From Magnetococcales bacterium (GTDB lineage Bacteria; Pseudomonadota; Magnetococcia; Magnetococcales; DC0425bin3), in contig JADGBZ010000012.1 in NCBI GenBank assembly GCA_015231175.1, positions 11,509-75,508 on the forward strand: a stretch of 64,000 nucleotides of DNA, in the 5' to 3' direction. This document shows positions 28,480 to 38,440 of the stretch, in pieces; within the stretch, counting starts at the first letter, position 1, and the number at the start of each line of letters is the position of its first letter. A program made the translations under genes and the position numbers. The notes beneath the pieces were generated by a model, which did no database searches, had not been told where the DNA came from, and worked only from the letters and a program-made list of their open reading frames with translations.

Positions 28480-29538
28480 TCAGAAGGAAGCGCCCCGCCA
28501 ACGCGCCAAATGGATCAACAACGTCTCCATGACCATCTGCCGATTCAGATTGAAGGTTTCCGCCTGTCGAAACATCTCCCGGCTTTTTCGGCCCAGGTCA
28601 AGGGCCAGGATTGCCGAACCCCCTGTCTGCCAACAGGAAACGCTCTCCCGGATATTATCCCGGAACCACGCCATGAGAAAGGCCTGGGCCAACAGAAATC
28701 GTTCGGGTTGCTTTTTGTGCGTCCAAAATGCGGCGATCTCACAAAGCGCCGCCAACGAACAGCGTGGCAATTTTTCCATATCCAGATAGAACCTATCTTT
28801 CAATTCCTTGAAATCACTAGTACATAGTTGGATCAACCGACTGACGCTCCCTTCGGCATGGTTGATCGCTTCATCGCGGGTTTCCTGGTCCATGTCTGCC
28901 AGTTGTCTGGATGCCACCTGCATCAACTCTTCCCGGCTCAGGGGAAAGAAACGGATCATCTGGCAGCGTGACCGGATGGTCGGCAACAAAGCTCCCAAAC
29001 GACGGGTGTTCAAAACAAGCAGTGAACCGGGCGGGGGCTCTTCAAGGGTTTTCAGGAGGGCATGCGCGGCCCCTTCATTCATCAAGGCAGCGTCATCCAC
29101 GATGGCCACCTTGCATCCGGCCTCCAGGGGGGTCAGCGCAAGAAAACTACATAGTTCACGAATTTGTTCGACCACAATTCGGGTTTTCAGCTTTTCACCG
29201 GAACCCGCATCCTCCGCCTCCCGACCATCGCCAGAAGCGGACAACAACCCCACCCGCACCAGGTCCGGATGGTATCCCCCCATGACCTTGTCGTGGATGG
29301 TGCGACACCTTTCACAGCGACCACACCCCGAACAGCCCATCCCGGCGCCGCTTCGAGTCTGCTGGTGACAAAAGAGCGCCGCTGCAAAGGCGCAAGCCAC
29401 GCTCGCCTTGCCAATGCCGGAAGGACCGGAAAAAATCATGGCATGCGGCACGCGCCCGCTCTGCAAAAAACCCTGCAATCGCGCCAATGCCTCCCGATGT
29501 CCGCAGATACTCTCAAATCCTGGAGTGGACATCACCAA
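28480..29538 (-). CDS. holB: DNA polymerase III subunit delta-prime
   Basis: HAMIFSGPSGIGK Walker-like motif, Cys cluster CSGCGRCERC, LLKTLEEPP, and SRC motif (TIRSRCQ). Confidence 0.85.
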   Translation of the reverse strand: MVMSTPGFESICGHREALARLQGFLQSGRVPHAMIFSGPSGIGKASVACAFAAALFCHQQTRSGAGMGCSGCGRCERCRTIHDKVMGGYHPDLVRVGLLSASGDGREAEDAGSGEKLKTRIVVEQIRELCSFLALTPLEAGCKVAIVDDAALMNEGAAHALLKTLEEPPPGSLLVLNTRRLGALLPTIRSRCQMIRFFPLSREELMQVASRQLADMDQETRDEAINHAEGSVSRLIQLCTSDFKELKDRFYLDMEKLPRCSLAALCEIAAFWTHKKQPERFLLAQAFLMAWFRDNIRESVSCWQTGGSAILALDLGRKSREMFRQAETFNLNRQMVMETLLIHLARWRGASF

Positions 29539-30142
29539 GCCTTGCCTGAATCTGCTGAAAAATCACCTCAGGGGATTGCGAGGCATCCACAAGATGAATC
29601 CTTTCCGGCTCCTGGCGGGCAAGGTGCAAAAAACCCTCCCGGACCCGACGATGAAACGCCAGGTTTTCTTGATCCAGTCGCGTCAAAAGGGTCAAGCGGT
29701 GGTGGCATCTTGTCAAACCTGTTTCGGGGTCAACGTCCAACAAGATGGTCAGGTCCGGCACAAGGCCACCTCTGGCCAGCGCCCCCAGGCGCACGATCAT
29801 TTCCGAATCCAGACCACGACCATAGCCCTGATAAGCCAGCGTACTGTCTTGGAAACGGTCACACAACACCCAGGTTCCCCGGATCAACGCAGGACGGATG
29901 ACCTCGCCAACATGCTGGGCACGCGCCGCAAGAATCAGATACAACTCTGTCTCGGCGCACACCCCTTCCGCATCACCGGCCAGGAACAACTCCCGGATAC
30001 GCTCCGCCAAGGGCGAACCGCCCGGCTCCCGAGTGGCATGCACCACAACGCCCCGGGAGTGCAGGAACTGGGACAGCATCGCGATTTGCGTGGATTTGCC
30101 GGCTCCCTCAACCCCCTCAAAGGTGATGAAACGGCCACGCAT
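29513..30142 (-). CDS. tmk: Thymidylate kinase
   Basis: Internal ATG at 30142 gives MRGRFITFEGVEGAGKSTQ (P-loop), DRF motif and lid region. The longer ORF-track start is not credible. Confidence 0.9.
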   Translation of the reverse strand: MRGRFITFEGVEGAGKSTQIAMLSQFLHSRGVVVHATREPGGSPLAERIRELFLAGDAEGVCAETELYLILAARAQHVGEVIRPALIRGTWVLCDRFQDSTLAYQGYGRGLDSEMIVRLGALARGGLVPDLTILLDVDPETGLTRCHHRLTLLTRLDQENLAFHRRVREGFLHLARQEPERIHLVDASQSPEVIFQQIQARLGDVHSRI

Positions 30143-30164
30143 GCCCCCCCCCTTCCTGCCGCCC

Positions 30165-31169
30165 TCAGCGACCACCTGGATGCTGGAAGCGCACAACATT
30201 TTTATTGTGCTCGGACAGATTACGCGAAAAAATGTGCGTCCCATCACCCCGGGAGACGAAATAAAGATCCTCGCTCTCCTCTGGATGCAGGGCGGCATGG
30301 ATGGAGGCCCGACCCGGATTGCAGATCGGTGTCGGTGGAAGTCCAGGAATGGTATACGTGTTATAAGGCGTGGGCGCCAACAGTTGGGCCCGGGTCAAAG
30401 AACCCATGAAATTGGGAATCCCGTAAACGACGGTCGGGTCACTTTGCAACTTCATTTTGCGCCGCAGGCGATTGTGGAACACCCCGGAGACATGGGGCCG
30501 TTCCGCAGCGTTGCCCGTCTCTTTTTCGATCATGGAAGCGATGATCAGGGTCTCGTAGATCGACAGGGTATACCCGGGAGGACGTGTCATCCACTCCTGA
30601 TCCAAAACCTTTTTGCCCTGAGTGACCATGCGCAGAATGATATCGTCCTTCGGATCCTTGATGCGATAGTAGTAGGTGTTCGGGAACAGAAAGCCCTCCA
30701 GGGAGTGGGCCTCCAGCCCCAAACGCGCAGGCAGGCCCGGGTCAGCCACAGCCATCGCAGCTTCCAGGAGATCCTTTTTTTTTAGGTGATCGGCAACCTC
30801 TCGCAGCGTCAACCCCTCCGCAATCACCAGCTTCCCTTTGGCGACATCGCCACGCCGGAGACGATCAAGAATCGCATCAACACGCATCCCCTTTTCAAAA
30901 CGGTAATACCCGGCCTGAAAAAGGATCGAATCGCGCACCACGCCCAGAAGCACGAACCACGTTGGCGAGGATACGATTCCCAACTGCGCCAATTCGTGGG
31001 CTGTCTTTTGTATTCCCCACCCCTTTTGAACGGCCAATTCGACAGACCCCGGAACCTCGTACTCCCGAAAGCCCCTGAAATCTTTATAGAGATAACTGGA
31101 GACAATGAAAGATCCGAGGACAACCCCACCCATGGTGATAAGACGCCAATTGTCGAAGAACCGTTTCAA
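30165..31169 (-). CDS. mltG: Endolytic murein transglycosylase MltG (YceG-like)
   Basis: N-terminal TM helix, then ASMIEKET, VFHNRL, LQSDPTV, YNTY and GLPPTPI motifs. Confidence 0.9.
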   Translation of the reverse strand: MKRFFDNWRLITMGGVVLGSFIVSSYLYKDFRGFREYEVPGSVELAVQKGWGIQKTAHELAQLGIVSSPTWFVLLGVVRDSILFQAGYYRFEKGMRVDAILDRLRRGDVAKGKLVIAEGLTLREVADHLKKKDLLEAAMAVADPGLPARLGLEAHSLEGFLFPNTYYYRIKDPKDDIILRMVTQGKKVLDQEWMTRPPGYTLSIYETLIIASMIEKETGNAAERPHVSGVFHNRLRRKMKLQSDPTVVYGIPNFMGSLTRAQLLAPTPYNTYTIPGLPPTPICNPGRASIHAALHPEESEDLYFVSRGDGTHIFSRNLSEHNKNVVRFQHPGGR

Positions 31170-31176
31170 GGAGGGC

Positions 31177-32424
31177 TCAATCGTAACGCTTCAGCACCAA
31201 TGAAGCGTTCGTCCCTCCAAATCCGAAAGAGTTGGACATGGCGTATTCCAGTTTCTTTTCCCTGGCGGTATGCGGCACATAGTCCAGATCGCATCCGGCT
31301 TCAATATCGGGCGCATCGAGGTTGATCGTGGGGGGAACGACGCCATGATGCAGCGCCAAGGCCGTAAAGATGGCCTCCACGCCACCGGCGGCGCCCAGGA
31401 GATGACCGGTCATGGACTTCGTGGAGCAAACCATGACCCGTTTGGCATCTTCTGCGCCAAAGACTCTCTTGATGGCCATCGTCTCCACCACATCTCCCAG
31501 GGGGGTGGAGGTACCATGGGCATTGATATGGTTGATCTTGTCTGGAGAGATACGCGCATCATCCAGGGCGGACTTCATGCACCGCGCCGCTCCGTCGCCA
31601 TCAGGATCCGGGGCCGTGATATGGTGGGCATCGCCGGACATGCCGAAACCGCACACCTCGGCATAAATTCTCGCTCCCCGTTTCCTGGCGGATTCAAGCT
31701 CTTCGAGAACCACCACTCCTGCCCCTTCAGAAGGGACAAAGCCGTCGCGATCCCGATCCCAGGGCCGTGAGGCCGCCTGGGGATCGTCGTTGCGGCTGGA
31801 AAGGGCCTTGGCCGCAGCGAACCCGCCAACGCCGAGCTCACACAAGGCAGCCTCCGCACCACCGGCCAGCATGACATCGGCCTCCCCCCGTTTGATGATA
31901 CGCATGCCGTCGCCGATGGCATGACTGCCCGTGGCACAAGCCGTCACGACGGAGTGGTTGGGGCCTTTGAGGCCATATTTGATGGCGACATGCCCGGAGA
32001 TCAGATTGGAGAGGGACATGGGAATGAAGAAGGGGGAGATCCGACGTGGTCCTTTTTCCTTCAGGGCCCAAGCCTGATTTTGTATGGATATGAGGCCGCC
32101 GATGCCGGAGCCGATAATAGTACCGATGCGCGTGGCATTTTCTTCGCTGACGGTCAGGCCGCTGTCTTCCCAAGCGAACTGGGCCGCAACCAGGCCGAAG
32201 TGAATAAAAAGATCCATTTTTTTGATCTCTTTTTTGGGGATCCAATCTTCGGGATTGAAATCCCTGCACTCTCCGGCAATGCGTGTGGAATACTCCTCGG
32301 CGTTGAAGCGGGTGATGGGGCCGATGCCTGACCTGCCCGCCAGCAAGGCCGACCAAGTCTTCTCGTTGCCGGTGCCGCAAGGGGTAATCAGACCCACCCC
32401 GGTGATGACCACTCTACGATCCAC
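31177..32424 (-). CDS. fabF: Beta-ketoacyl-ACP synthase II
   Basis: RRVVITGVG, active-site ACATG, HGTSTP and [10 protein letters not shown] prefer GTG at 32424 (GGGAGAG 6 nt upstream); the TTG at 32439 lies in the terminator T-run. Confidence 0.92.
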   Translation of the reverse strand: MDRRVVITGVGLITPCGTGNEKTWSALLAGRSGIGPITRFNAEEYSTRIAGECRDFNPEDWIPKKEIKKMDLFIHFGLVAAQFAWEDSGLTVSEENATRIGTIIGSGIGGLISIQNQAWALKEKGPRRISPFFIPMSLSNLISGHVAIKYGLKGPNHSVVTACATGSHAIGDGMRIIKRGEADVMLAGGAEAALCELGVGGFAAAKALSSRNDDPQAASRPWDRDRDGFVPSEGAGVVVLEELESARKRGARIYAEVCGFGMSGDAHHITAPDPDGDGAARCMKSALDDARISPDKINHINAHGTSTPLGDVVETMAIKRVFGAEDAKRVMVCSTKSMTGHLLGAAGGVEAIFTALALHHGVVPPTINLDAPDIEAGCDLDYVPHTAREKKLEYAMSNSFGFGGTNASLVLKRYD

Positions 32425-32437
32425 AGGAGGCTCTCCC

Positions 32438-32477
32438 AAAAAATGAGCGCCAGCCGCTCGGCAGACGAGGCTGACGC
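32438..32477 (-). terminator. Hairpin plus T-run between acpP and fabF (terminator/attenuator)
   Basis: On the minus strand, a 9-bp stem (GCGTCAGCC / GGCTGGCGC, one G-U pair) is followed by TCATTTTTT. Confidence 0.55.
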
Positions 32478-32499
32478 TGCAAATTGACTTGTTTCAAGA

Positions 32500-32739
32500 T
32501 CAAGATGCGAGGCGCGCTGCGATATAGTCAACGGCCTGTTTGACGGTTGTGATTTTTTCGGCATCCTCGTCAGGAATTTCGCAACCAAACTCCTCTTCAA
32601 GGGCCATGACCAGCTCAACTGTATCCAGAGAGTCTGCCCCGAGGTCATCCACAAAGTTGGACTCTTCGGTCACCATATTTGCATCCACACCCAACTGATC
32701 GATCACGGTCTTAATGACGCGCTGTGCAATATCGCTCAT
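32500..32739 (-). CDS. acpP: Acyl carrier protein
   Basis: 79 aa with the phosphopantetheine site [19 protein letters not shown]. Confidence 0.95.
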   Translation of the reverse strand: MSDIAQRVIKTVIDQLGVDANMVTEESNFVDDLGADSLDTVELVMALEEEFGCEIPDEDAEKITTVKQAVDYIAARLAS

Positions 32740-32837
32740 GAGATCTTATCCCTTCTATCTGCAATTTTTGATGACAAAACCAGACCGCATGCACGGGGAA
32801 ACCAGACAAAACATCTTCAACAACAACAGGCAATCCA

Positions 32838-33581
32838 TCAAGACATGTACATGCCGCCATTGACGTGAATGGTCTCCCCCGTGATGTAACCGGCCTCATC
32901 CGAGGCCAAAAAAGCAATCGCGTAGGCCACATCCTCTGCCCGCCCCATGGCCCCCAGGGGTATTTGCGCCAGCATGGCTTCTTTTGCCGTCGCACCCAGC
33001 ACATCGGTCATACGGGTCTGGATGAAACCAGGCGCCACACAATTGGCTGTCACTCCGCGCGATGCCACTTCCCGGGCCAAGCTCTTGGTAAAGCCCATCA
33101 AACCTGCCTTGCTGGCCGCATAATTGGCCTGGCCGGCATTGCCCGTAACGCCGACAACCGAGGCAACACTGATGATGCGCCCATAGCGCGCCTTCATCAT
33201 GGAACGAAGAACCATACGGGTCAGATGGAAGGCACTGGTGAGGTTGATGTTCAGCACATCATCCCACTCGGAATCCTTCATCCGGATCATCAGGTTGTCA
33301 CGGGTGATGCCCGCATTGTTCACCAGAATGTCGATGCGACCGAATCGTTCTGTAGCTTGTTTGACCACCTCTTCGAGGCGGGAGCGTGAGGCCATATCCG
33401 CCTCGTATCCTTCCGCCTCGGCGGAGAGGGCCCGCACCTCCTGCAAGACCTCCGGGATCTTCTGAGCCTCATTGCTGGTGATGATAAGCTTCGCCCCGCG
33501 ACGGGCAAGTTCCAACGCCGTCACCCTTCCGATTCCACTGGTCGAACCCGTAACAAGGGCAACGCGATCTTTCATAAGCAT
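32838..33581 (-). CDS. fabG: 3-oxoacyl-ACP reductase
   Basis: SDR: TGSTSGIG, NNAG, YxxxK (YAASKAG). Sits in the fab operon. Confidence 0.92.
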   Translation of the reverse strand: MLMKDRVALVTGSTSGIGRVTALELARRGAKLIITSNEAQKIPEVLQEVRALSAEAEGYEADMASRSRLEEVVKQATERFGRIDILVNNAGITRDNLMIRMKDSEWDDVLNINLTSAFHLTRMVLRSMMKARYGRIISVASVVGVTGNAGQANYAASKAGLMGFTKSLAREVASRGVTANCVAPGFIQTRMTDVLGATAKEAMLAQIPLGAMGRAEDVAYAIAFLASDEAGYITGETIHVNGGMYMS

Positions 33582-33617
33582 GGCAGACCCTGAACATGTT
33601 GCTTAAGTGGAAGGGGA

Positions 33618-34553
33618 TCAAGCCGCAGGCAGGGCTGCCAGATCCTCAGGACCAGAAACATTGAAAACGGCCAAATTTTTATCGATCCGCTTGACCATGC
33701 CACTCAAAACCTTGCCGGTTCCCAGTTCGATAAAAAGATCCACGCCCAGGGCGACCAACCGGTGGATGATCGCCTCCCACATGACAGGCGCCGTAATAGC
33801 CTGTACAAGGCCCTTGCGCACCTCGTCGCCGAGGGACACCTCACGGGCTGTCACGTTGGAAACCAGGGGCGCAGAGAGATCCTTGAACGATATCTTCTCC
33901 ATGGCCGCAGACATCTGCCGGGCCGCAGGCTCCATGAGAGGGCAATGAAAGGGGGCAGAGACGGCCAACATGACCGAGCGCTTGGCTCCTGCTCCCTTGG
34001 CCATCTCCACAGCCTTCTCCACAGCATGTTTGTGGCCGGAAATGACAATCTGGGCCGAGGAGTTGTAGTTGGCGGCAACACACACCCCACCGGTTTCGGC
34101 TTGCGACTGGCGACACACTTCCTCGACCTGCGCTGCGGGGAGATTGAGTATGGCAGCCATGGCCCCGACACCCACCGGAACAGCCTGTTGCATGGACTGC
34201 CCGCGCAACCGGACCAGCGCCACCGCCTCGGCAAACGTGATGCCACCTGCGGCACAAACAGCCGCATACTCCCCCAGCGAGTGGCCAGCGACATAATCCG
34301 GTCGCAATCCGGTTTTGGAGAGAACCAACCGAAAGGCCGCCATGGCCGTCGTCACCAGGGCAGGCTGTGTATTTTCCGTCAAGGTCAGCTTTGCCTCCGG
34401 TCCCTCCAGCATCAACCGACTCAAGGAAAAACCCAGCACCCGGTCGGCTTCGGAAAACACGTCGCCGATCAGCTCACCGCAGGCCAACAAGGCCTGCCCC
34501 ATGCCCACAGCCTGGGCTCCTTGCCCCGGAAACAGGAAGGCTCTCTTTCCCAT
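33618..34553 (-). CDS. fabD: Malonyl-CoA-ACP transacylase
   Basis: FLFPGQGAQ and GHSLGEY active site. Sits in the fab operon. Confidence 0.92.
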   Translation of the reverse strand: MGKRAFLFPGQGAQAVGMGQALLACGELIGDVFSEADRVLGFSLSRLMLEGPEAKLTLTENTQPALVTTAMAAFRLVLSKTGLRPDYVAGHSLGEYAAVCAAGGITFAEAVALVRLRGQSMQQAVPVGVGAMAAILNLPAAQVEEVCRQSQAETGGVCVAANYNSSAQIVISGHKHAVEKAVEMAKGAGAKRSVMLAVSAPFHCPLMEPAARQMSAAMEKISFKDLSAPLVSNVTAREVSLGDEVRKGLVQAITAPVMWEAIIHRLVALGVDLFIELGTGKVLSGMVKRIDKNLAVFNVSGPEDLAALPAA

Positions 34554-34792
34554 AGCTTAAATCCTTTCAAACAATCCCGGAGGAACGGGGCGACCCAACC
34601 GTCGGTCCACACCTCGAAAAACACGGGCACTGGGGATTCCCTGCCACTCAGGGAAAACAAGGCCCTTGACCTGGACCTCATTGCGCAGACGTAAATATAA
34701 GGTTCAAACCATTCACGCAAGGGATCATGGGAAAAGAGGTAAATTTTTCCCAAACTCCTGCACTCTCCCAGCCCAGGAATCGCTCTTTCGGC

Positions 34793-35377
34793 TCAGGAAG
34801 ATCGTCGGATCAGGCTGTCCTTGATCGAATCCAATTCGATAAACTCATCGGCCTGGCGGCGCAGCTCATCGGCGATCATGGGCGGATGGGTCACCAGGGA
34901 GCTGACCACGGTAACCTGTTTGCCAAGGTTTTGTACGGCCTCGACGATGGAGCGAAAATCACCGTCACCAGAAAAAAGGACGGCATGATCATAATAAGGC
35001 GCCATACTGATCATGCCCACAGCGATTTCGATATCCATGTTGCCCTTGGTTCTCTTGTTCCCGGTGACGGGATCCACATACTCCTTGATGGGTTTGGTCA
35101 CAACGGTATAGCCATTGTAGGCAAGCCAATCCACCAGAGGGCGAATGGGAGAGTACTCCTGGTCATCCCCCAGCGCCGTATAATAGTAGGCGCGCACCAG
35201 CCGGCACCGGGCATGGAAGTAGTCAAGCAGCTTTTTGTAATCAAAATCAAATCCAAGGGAACGAATAGCCGCATACAGATTGGACCCATCAATGAAGACA
35301 GCCACTTTTTCATCCTGATAAAACATTCGTGAAATCCTTTGTTTGGAAGAGGGCAGCACACCGGATAACGATGCCAT
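34793..35377 (-). CDS. NYN/LabA-like (DUF88) domain protein
   Basis: VAVFIDGSNLY ... SGDGDF motifs. Start at ATG 35377 or ATG 35326; both have SD-like sequences. Confidence 0.75.
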   Translation of the reverse strand: MASLSGVLPSSKQRISRMFYQDEKVAVFIDGSNLYAAIRSLGFDFDYKKLLDYFHARCRLVRAYYYTALGDDQEYSPIRPLVDWLAYNGYTVVTKPIKEYVDPVTGNKRTKGNMDIEIAVGMISMAPYYDHAVLFSGDGDFRSIVEAVQNLGKQVTVVSSLVTHPPMIADELRRQADEFIELDSIKDSLIRRSS

Positions 35378-35547
35378 GGTTTCCTCATCCTCCCGACACT
35401 GCCCAGGCAAGAACTGCCGCAAAGCTCACGACAGGAGAGGATGCGTCCAAAAAAAATCCCGCACTCGGATATAAAGAGGCGCCGAAGGGGGTGGGTGTCC
35501 GAGCGACAAAAAACAAAACCATCCAGTCAATGCAGCAAAGAAATGAT

Positions 35548-35622
35548 TGGAGCGGGAGAGGGGAGTCGAACCCCCGACATCAACCTTGGCAAGGTTGCGC
35601 TCTACCCCTGAGCTACTCCCGC
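35548..35622 (-). tRNA. tRNA-Gly (GCC)
   Basis: Reverse complement GCGGGAGTAGCTCAGGGGTAGAGCGCAACCTTGCCAAGGTTGATGTCGGGGGTTCGACTCCCCTCTCCCGCTCCA folds as a cloverleaf. Anticodon loop TTGCCAA; CCA is encoded. Confidence 0.93.
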
Positions 35623-35655
35623 ACACCAGAGACGCGCAGACACATCAGGAAATTG

Positions 35656-35732
35656 TGGAGGCCGGGGTGGGATTTGAACCCACGAATAAAGGTTTTGCAG
35701 ACCTCAGCGTTAGGCCACTTCGCCACCCGGCC
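35656..35732 (-). tRNA. tRNA-Cys (GCA)
   Basis: Reverse complement GGCCGGGTGGCGAAGTGG...GGTCTGCAAAACC...GGTTCAAATCCCACCCCGGCCTCCA. 7-bp acceptor stem, anticodon loop CTGCAAA, CCA encoded. Confidence 0.9.
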
Positions 35733-35801
35733 ATACATCCCCATCTTCATCAGGTGAGGGGAGAGACTGCCACGCCCGCCCCCGACACACAGGAGCCAAC
35801 A

Positions 35802-35876
35802 TGGAGCGGGAGAGGGGAGTCGAACCCCCGACATCAACCTTGGCAAGGTTGCGCTCTACCCCTGAGCTACTCCCGC
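35802..35876 (-). tRNA. tRNA-Gly (GCC), second identical copy
   Basis: 75 nt identical to 35548..35622. The identity stops at the tRNA borders. Confidence 0.93.
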
Positions 35877-36066
35877 TTGAAAATCCTACGCAATACCACA
35901 CCATCCCCGTCAGAGTATGTCACCTCTCACACCCTGAAAGAGAGACCCGAGACCGGCCAGGCTGAACAAAGGCCCCCCGGACAGAACCTCCGCTTTATAA
36001 AAGATAAACAAAGACCCGTCAACCCCCCATGAATGCAACCACCCCAAAATCACCTCCGCCCGAACG

Positions 36067-36618
36067 TCAAATACTGGAACGGATACGGGGCCAAGCCTGT
36101 GCCAAATATTGATACCCGGTCTGCCAGGTAAGGATCGTGCAAATATAGAGGCACAACTCACCCGGCCCAGCCAAAGGCAAACCAAGCAGGCCATCCTGGA
36201 GCATGAGCATAATGATGGCGGCCATCTGGAAACCGGTCTTCCATTTGGCGAGACCAGAAACAGGCACGGATGAACCCAAACCGGCCATATACTCCCGCAA
36301 GCCGGTGATGGTGATCTCCCGAGCCGTGATGAGCAGGACAAGAACCAGGGGCGCACGCCCTTCCGACACCAACAAAACCAGGGCAGAAATGATCAACAAT
36401 TTGTCCGCGACAGGATCAAAAAATTTTCCGAAGGGGGTCAACAACCCCCAACGCCTGGCCGCAAACCCGTCTGCCCAATCCGTAATGGCGGCCAGGGAAA
36501 AAAACAGCGCCGGCAAAATTTTTCCCCAACTCCCGGGCAGGTAGACACTGGCCACGAAAAAAGGGATCAAGCCAATACGCACAGCCGTTAAAAAATTCGG
36601 AAGATGGTTCCAAGCCAT
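36067..36618 (-). CDS. pgsA: CDP-diacylglycerol--glycerol-3-phosphate 3-phosphatidyltransferase
   Basis: CDP-alcohol phosphotransferase motif DWADGFAARRW...GKFFDPVADK. ATG at 36618, or TTG at 36630 directly after the uvrC stop. Confidence 0.88.
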   Translation of the reverse strand: MAWNHLPNFLTAVRIGLIPFFVASVYLPGSWGKILPALFFSLAAITDWADGFAARRWGLLTPFGKFFDPVADKLLIISALVLLVSEGRAPLVLVLLITAREITITGLREYMAGLGSSVPVSGLAKWKTGFQMAAIIMLMLQDGLLGLPLAGPGELCLYICTILTWQTGYQYLAQAWPRIRSSI

Positions 36619-36630
36619 GGCAGACGCCAA

Positions 36631-38433
36631 CTACCCTTCACTGTGCAACATGGTGTGGATCTGCTCAGCCAAGCCCAGCGCGATCCCCTTGACAGCGGTC
36701 AACTCGACTACCGAAGCGCCGCGTAGGTTTTTGACAGAACCGAAGTGACGAATCAAGGCCCTTTTGCGTTTGCTTCCGATGCCTGGGATGGCATCCAGAT
36801 CGGAACGGGTCTGTTCACGGCTCCGTTTGTGCCGATGGTAGCCAACGGCGAAACGATGGGCCTCATCGCGAATATTTTGCAACAAAAACAAAACCGGCGA
36901 ATCGGGAGGGAGTATAACGGGCGACAACTTGTCCGGCAAGAAGAGCCGCTCTTTTCCCGCGTGGCGATCAGCGCCTTTGGCCATGGCGCATAACGGGATC
37001 GCCGAAGCTTGGATTTCCCGGGCGACATCCATGACAGCATGCAACTGTCCCAAACCACCGTCAAGGATGATCAAGTCAGGTTGTTCCTCCGCTGCGGACT
37101 CCTGTTGCAGTTTGGTCAATCTTCGCCGCAACATGGCGGCCATACGGGCCGTATCGTCATGCAGGCGGTCGTCCGTCAAGGCATAACGTCGGTAGCCGCT
37201 CCTGACGAACCCGGAAACGCCGAACACCACCCGGGAACCAACAACGTTCCGATCCTGGATATGGGATACATCATATGCTTCGAGGCGTTCCAATGTCCCA
37301 TCCAGGCCAAGCGCTGCGGCCAGTTGCTCCAGCCGGCGCCGATTTTCCGCCTCCCCGCCCAGGCGGCGCACCAGTGCCGCAGCCGCATTGGTGGTGGCCA
37401 TTTCCAGGATGCGGCGGCGTCCACCTCGTTGGGGGAATCGCAGGGTGGCGCCCAACGCCTTGGAGAGCCACTCGACGTCCGGCACCACCAGATTGACCAG
37501 AATTTCGCGAGGAGGTTTTTTGTCTGCATAAAATTGCATCAGAAAGGCCTCCAGCACCTCTGCCACGGGAACGCCTGCCGTATTCTCCGGGAAAAACCCC
37601 CGATTGCCCAGGTTGATGCCGGCGCGAATGAAAAAAACCTGGACGGCATGGACCCCTTCCCGCTCGACAATGCAGACGGCGTCCAGATCATCATCCGGTT
37701 CCAGGTCGAGACGTCTCTTTTCCTGGACATGTCGAATCGACTGCATCCGATCCCGCAACATGGCAGCGGTCTCAAAATCATGGCGTTCCGAGGCCTCCCA
37801 CATGGATTTGGCAAGTTCCTCAACCAACTGCCGGTCGCGCCCCTCCAAAAACAGAACCACTTCCCGGATCCAGTTGGCATATTGTTCCTCAGAGGTGCGT
37901 TCACAACAGGGTCCGGAACAGCGGCGGATTTGGAATTGCAGACACGGGCGGCGGCGACTTTGAAACTGTCCATCGTCACATTGCCGGATGGGAAATATTT
38001 TCTGTAAATATTTTAAAGTTTCTCTGACAGCCTGCACCGATGGATAGGGGCCGAAATACCGGCCTGCCTCCTGCCTCCCTCCCCGATAAAGGGAAAGACG
38101 CGGAAACCTCTGCTGCGTGGAAAGGTGAAGATAGGGATAGGATTTACTGTCCTTGAGCAAGACGTTGTAGCGGGGTTGCAACTCCCTGATCAAATGGGCT
38201 TCAAGGATGAGGGCATCGGTCTCCGATGCCGTGATGGTGATCTCCAGACGGCGCGCCTGCTGGATCATCACCTGGATGCGTGGAAGTGCGAGAGCACGGG
38301 AAAAATAAGACGAGACACGCCGCTTCAAGGATTTTGCCTTGCCGACGTAAAGAAGATCTCCCCCTTCGTTCAGGAAGCGGTAGACCCCGGGCAATTCCGG
38401 CAATCCCTCCAAGGTTGCATGCAGCGGGTGCAT
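36631..38433 (-). CDS. uvrC: Excinuclease ABC subunit C
   Basis: GIY-YIG N-terminus (GVYRFLNEGGDLLYVGKAKSLKRR), UVR domain, endonuclease V-like domain and C-terminal HhH (IPGIGSKRKRALIRHFGS). Confidence 0.92.
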   Translation of the reverse strand: MHPLHATLEGLPELPGVYRFLNEGGDLLYVGKAKSLKRRVSSYFSRALALPRIQVMIQQARRLEITITASETDALILEAHLIRELQPRYNVLLKDSKSYPYLHLSTQQRFPRLSLYRGGRQEAGRYFGPYPSVQAVRETLKYLQKIFPIRQCDDGQFQSRRRPCLQFQIRRCSGPCCERTSEEQYANWIREVVLFLEGRDRQLVEELAKSMWEASERHDFETAAMLRDRMQSIRHVQEKRRLDLEPDDDLDAVCIVEREGVHAVQVFFIRAGINLGNRGFFPENTAGVPVAEVLEAFLMQFYADKKPPREILVNLVVPDVEWLSKALGATLRFPQRGGRRRILEMATTNAAAALVRRLGGEAENRRRLEQLAAALGLDGTLERLEAYDVSHIQDRNVVGSRVVFGVSGFVRSGYRRYALTDDRLHDDTARMAAMLRRRLTKLQQESAAEEQPDLIILDGGLGQLHAVMDVAREIQASAIPLCAMAKGADRHAGKERLFLPDKLSPVILPPDSPVLFLLQNIRDEAHRFAVGYHRHKRSREQTRSDLDAIPGIGSKRKRALIRHFGSVKNLRGASVVELTAVKGIALGLAEQIHTMLHSEG

Positions 38434-38440
38434 GGCCAGT

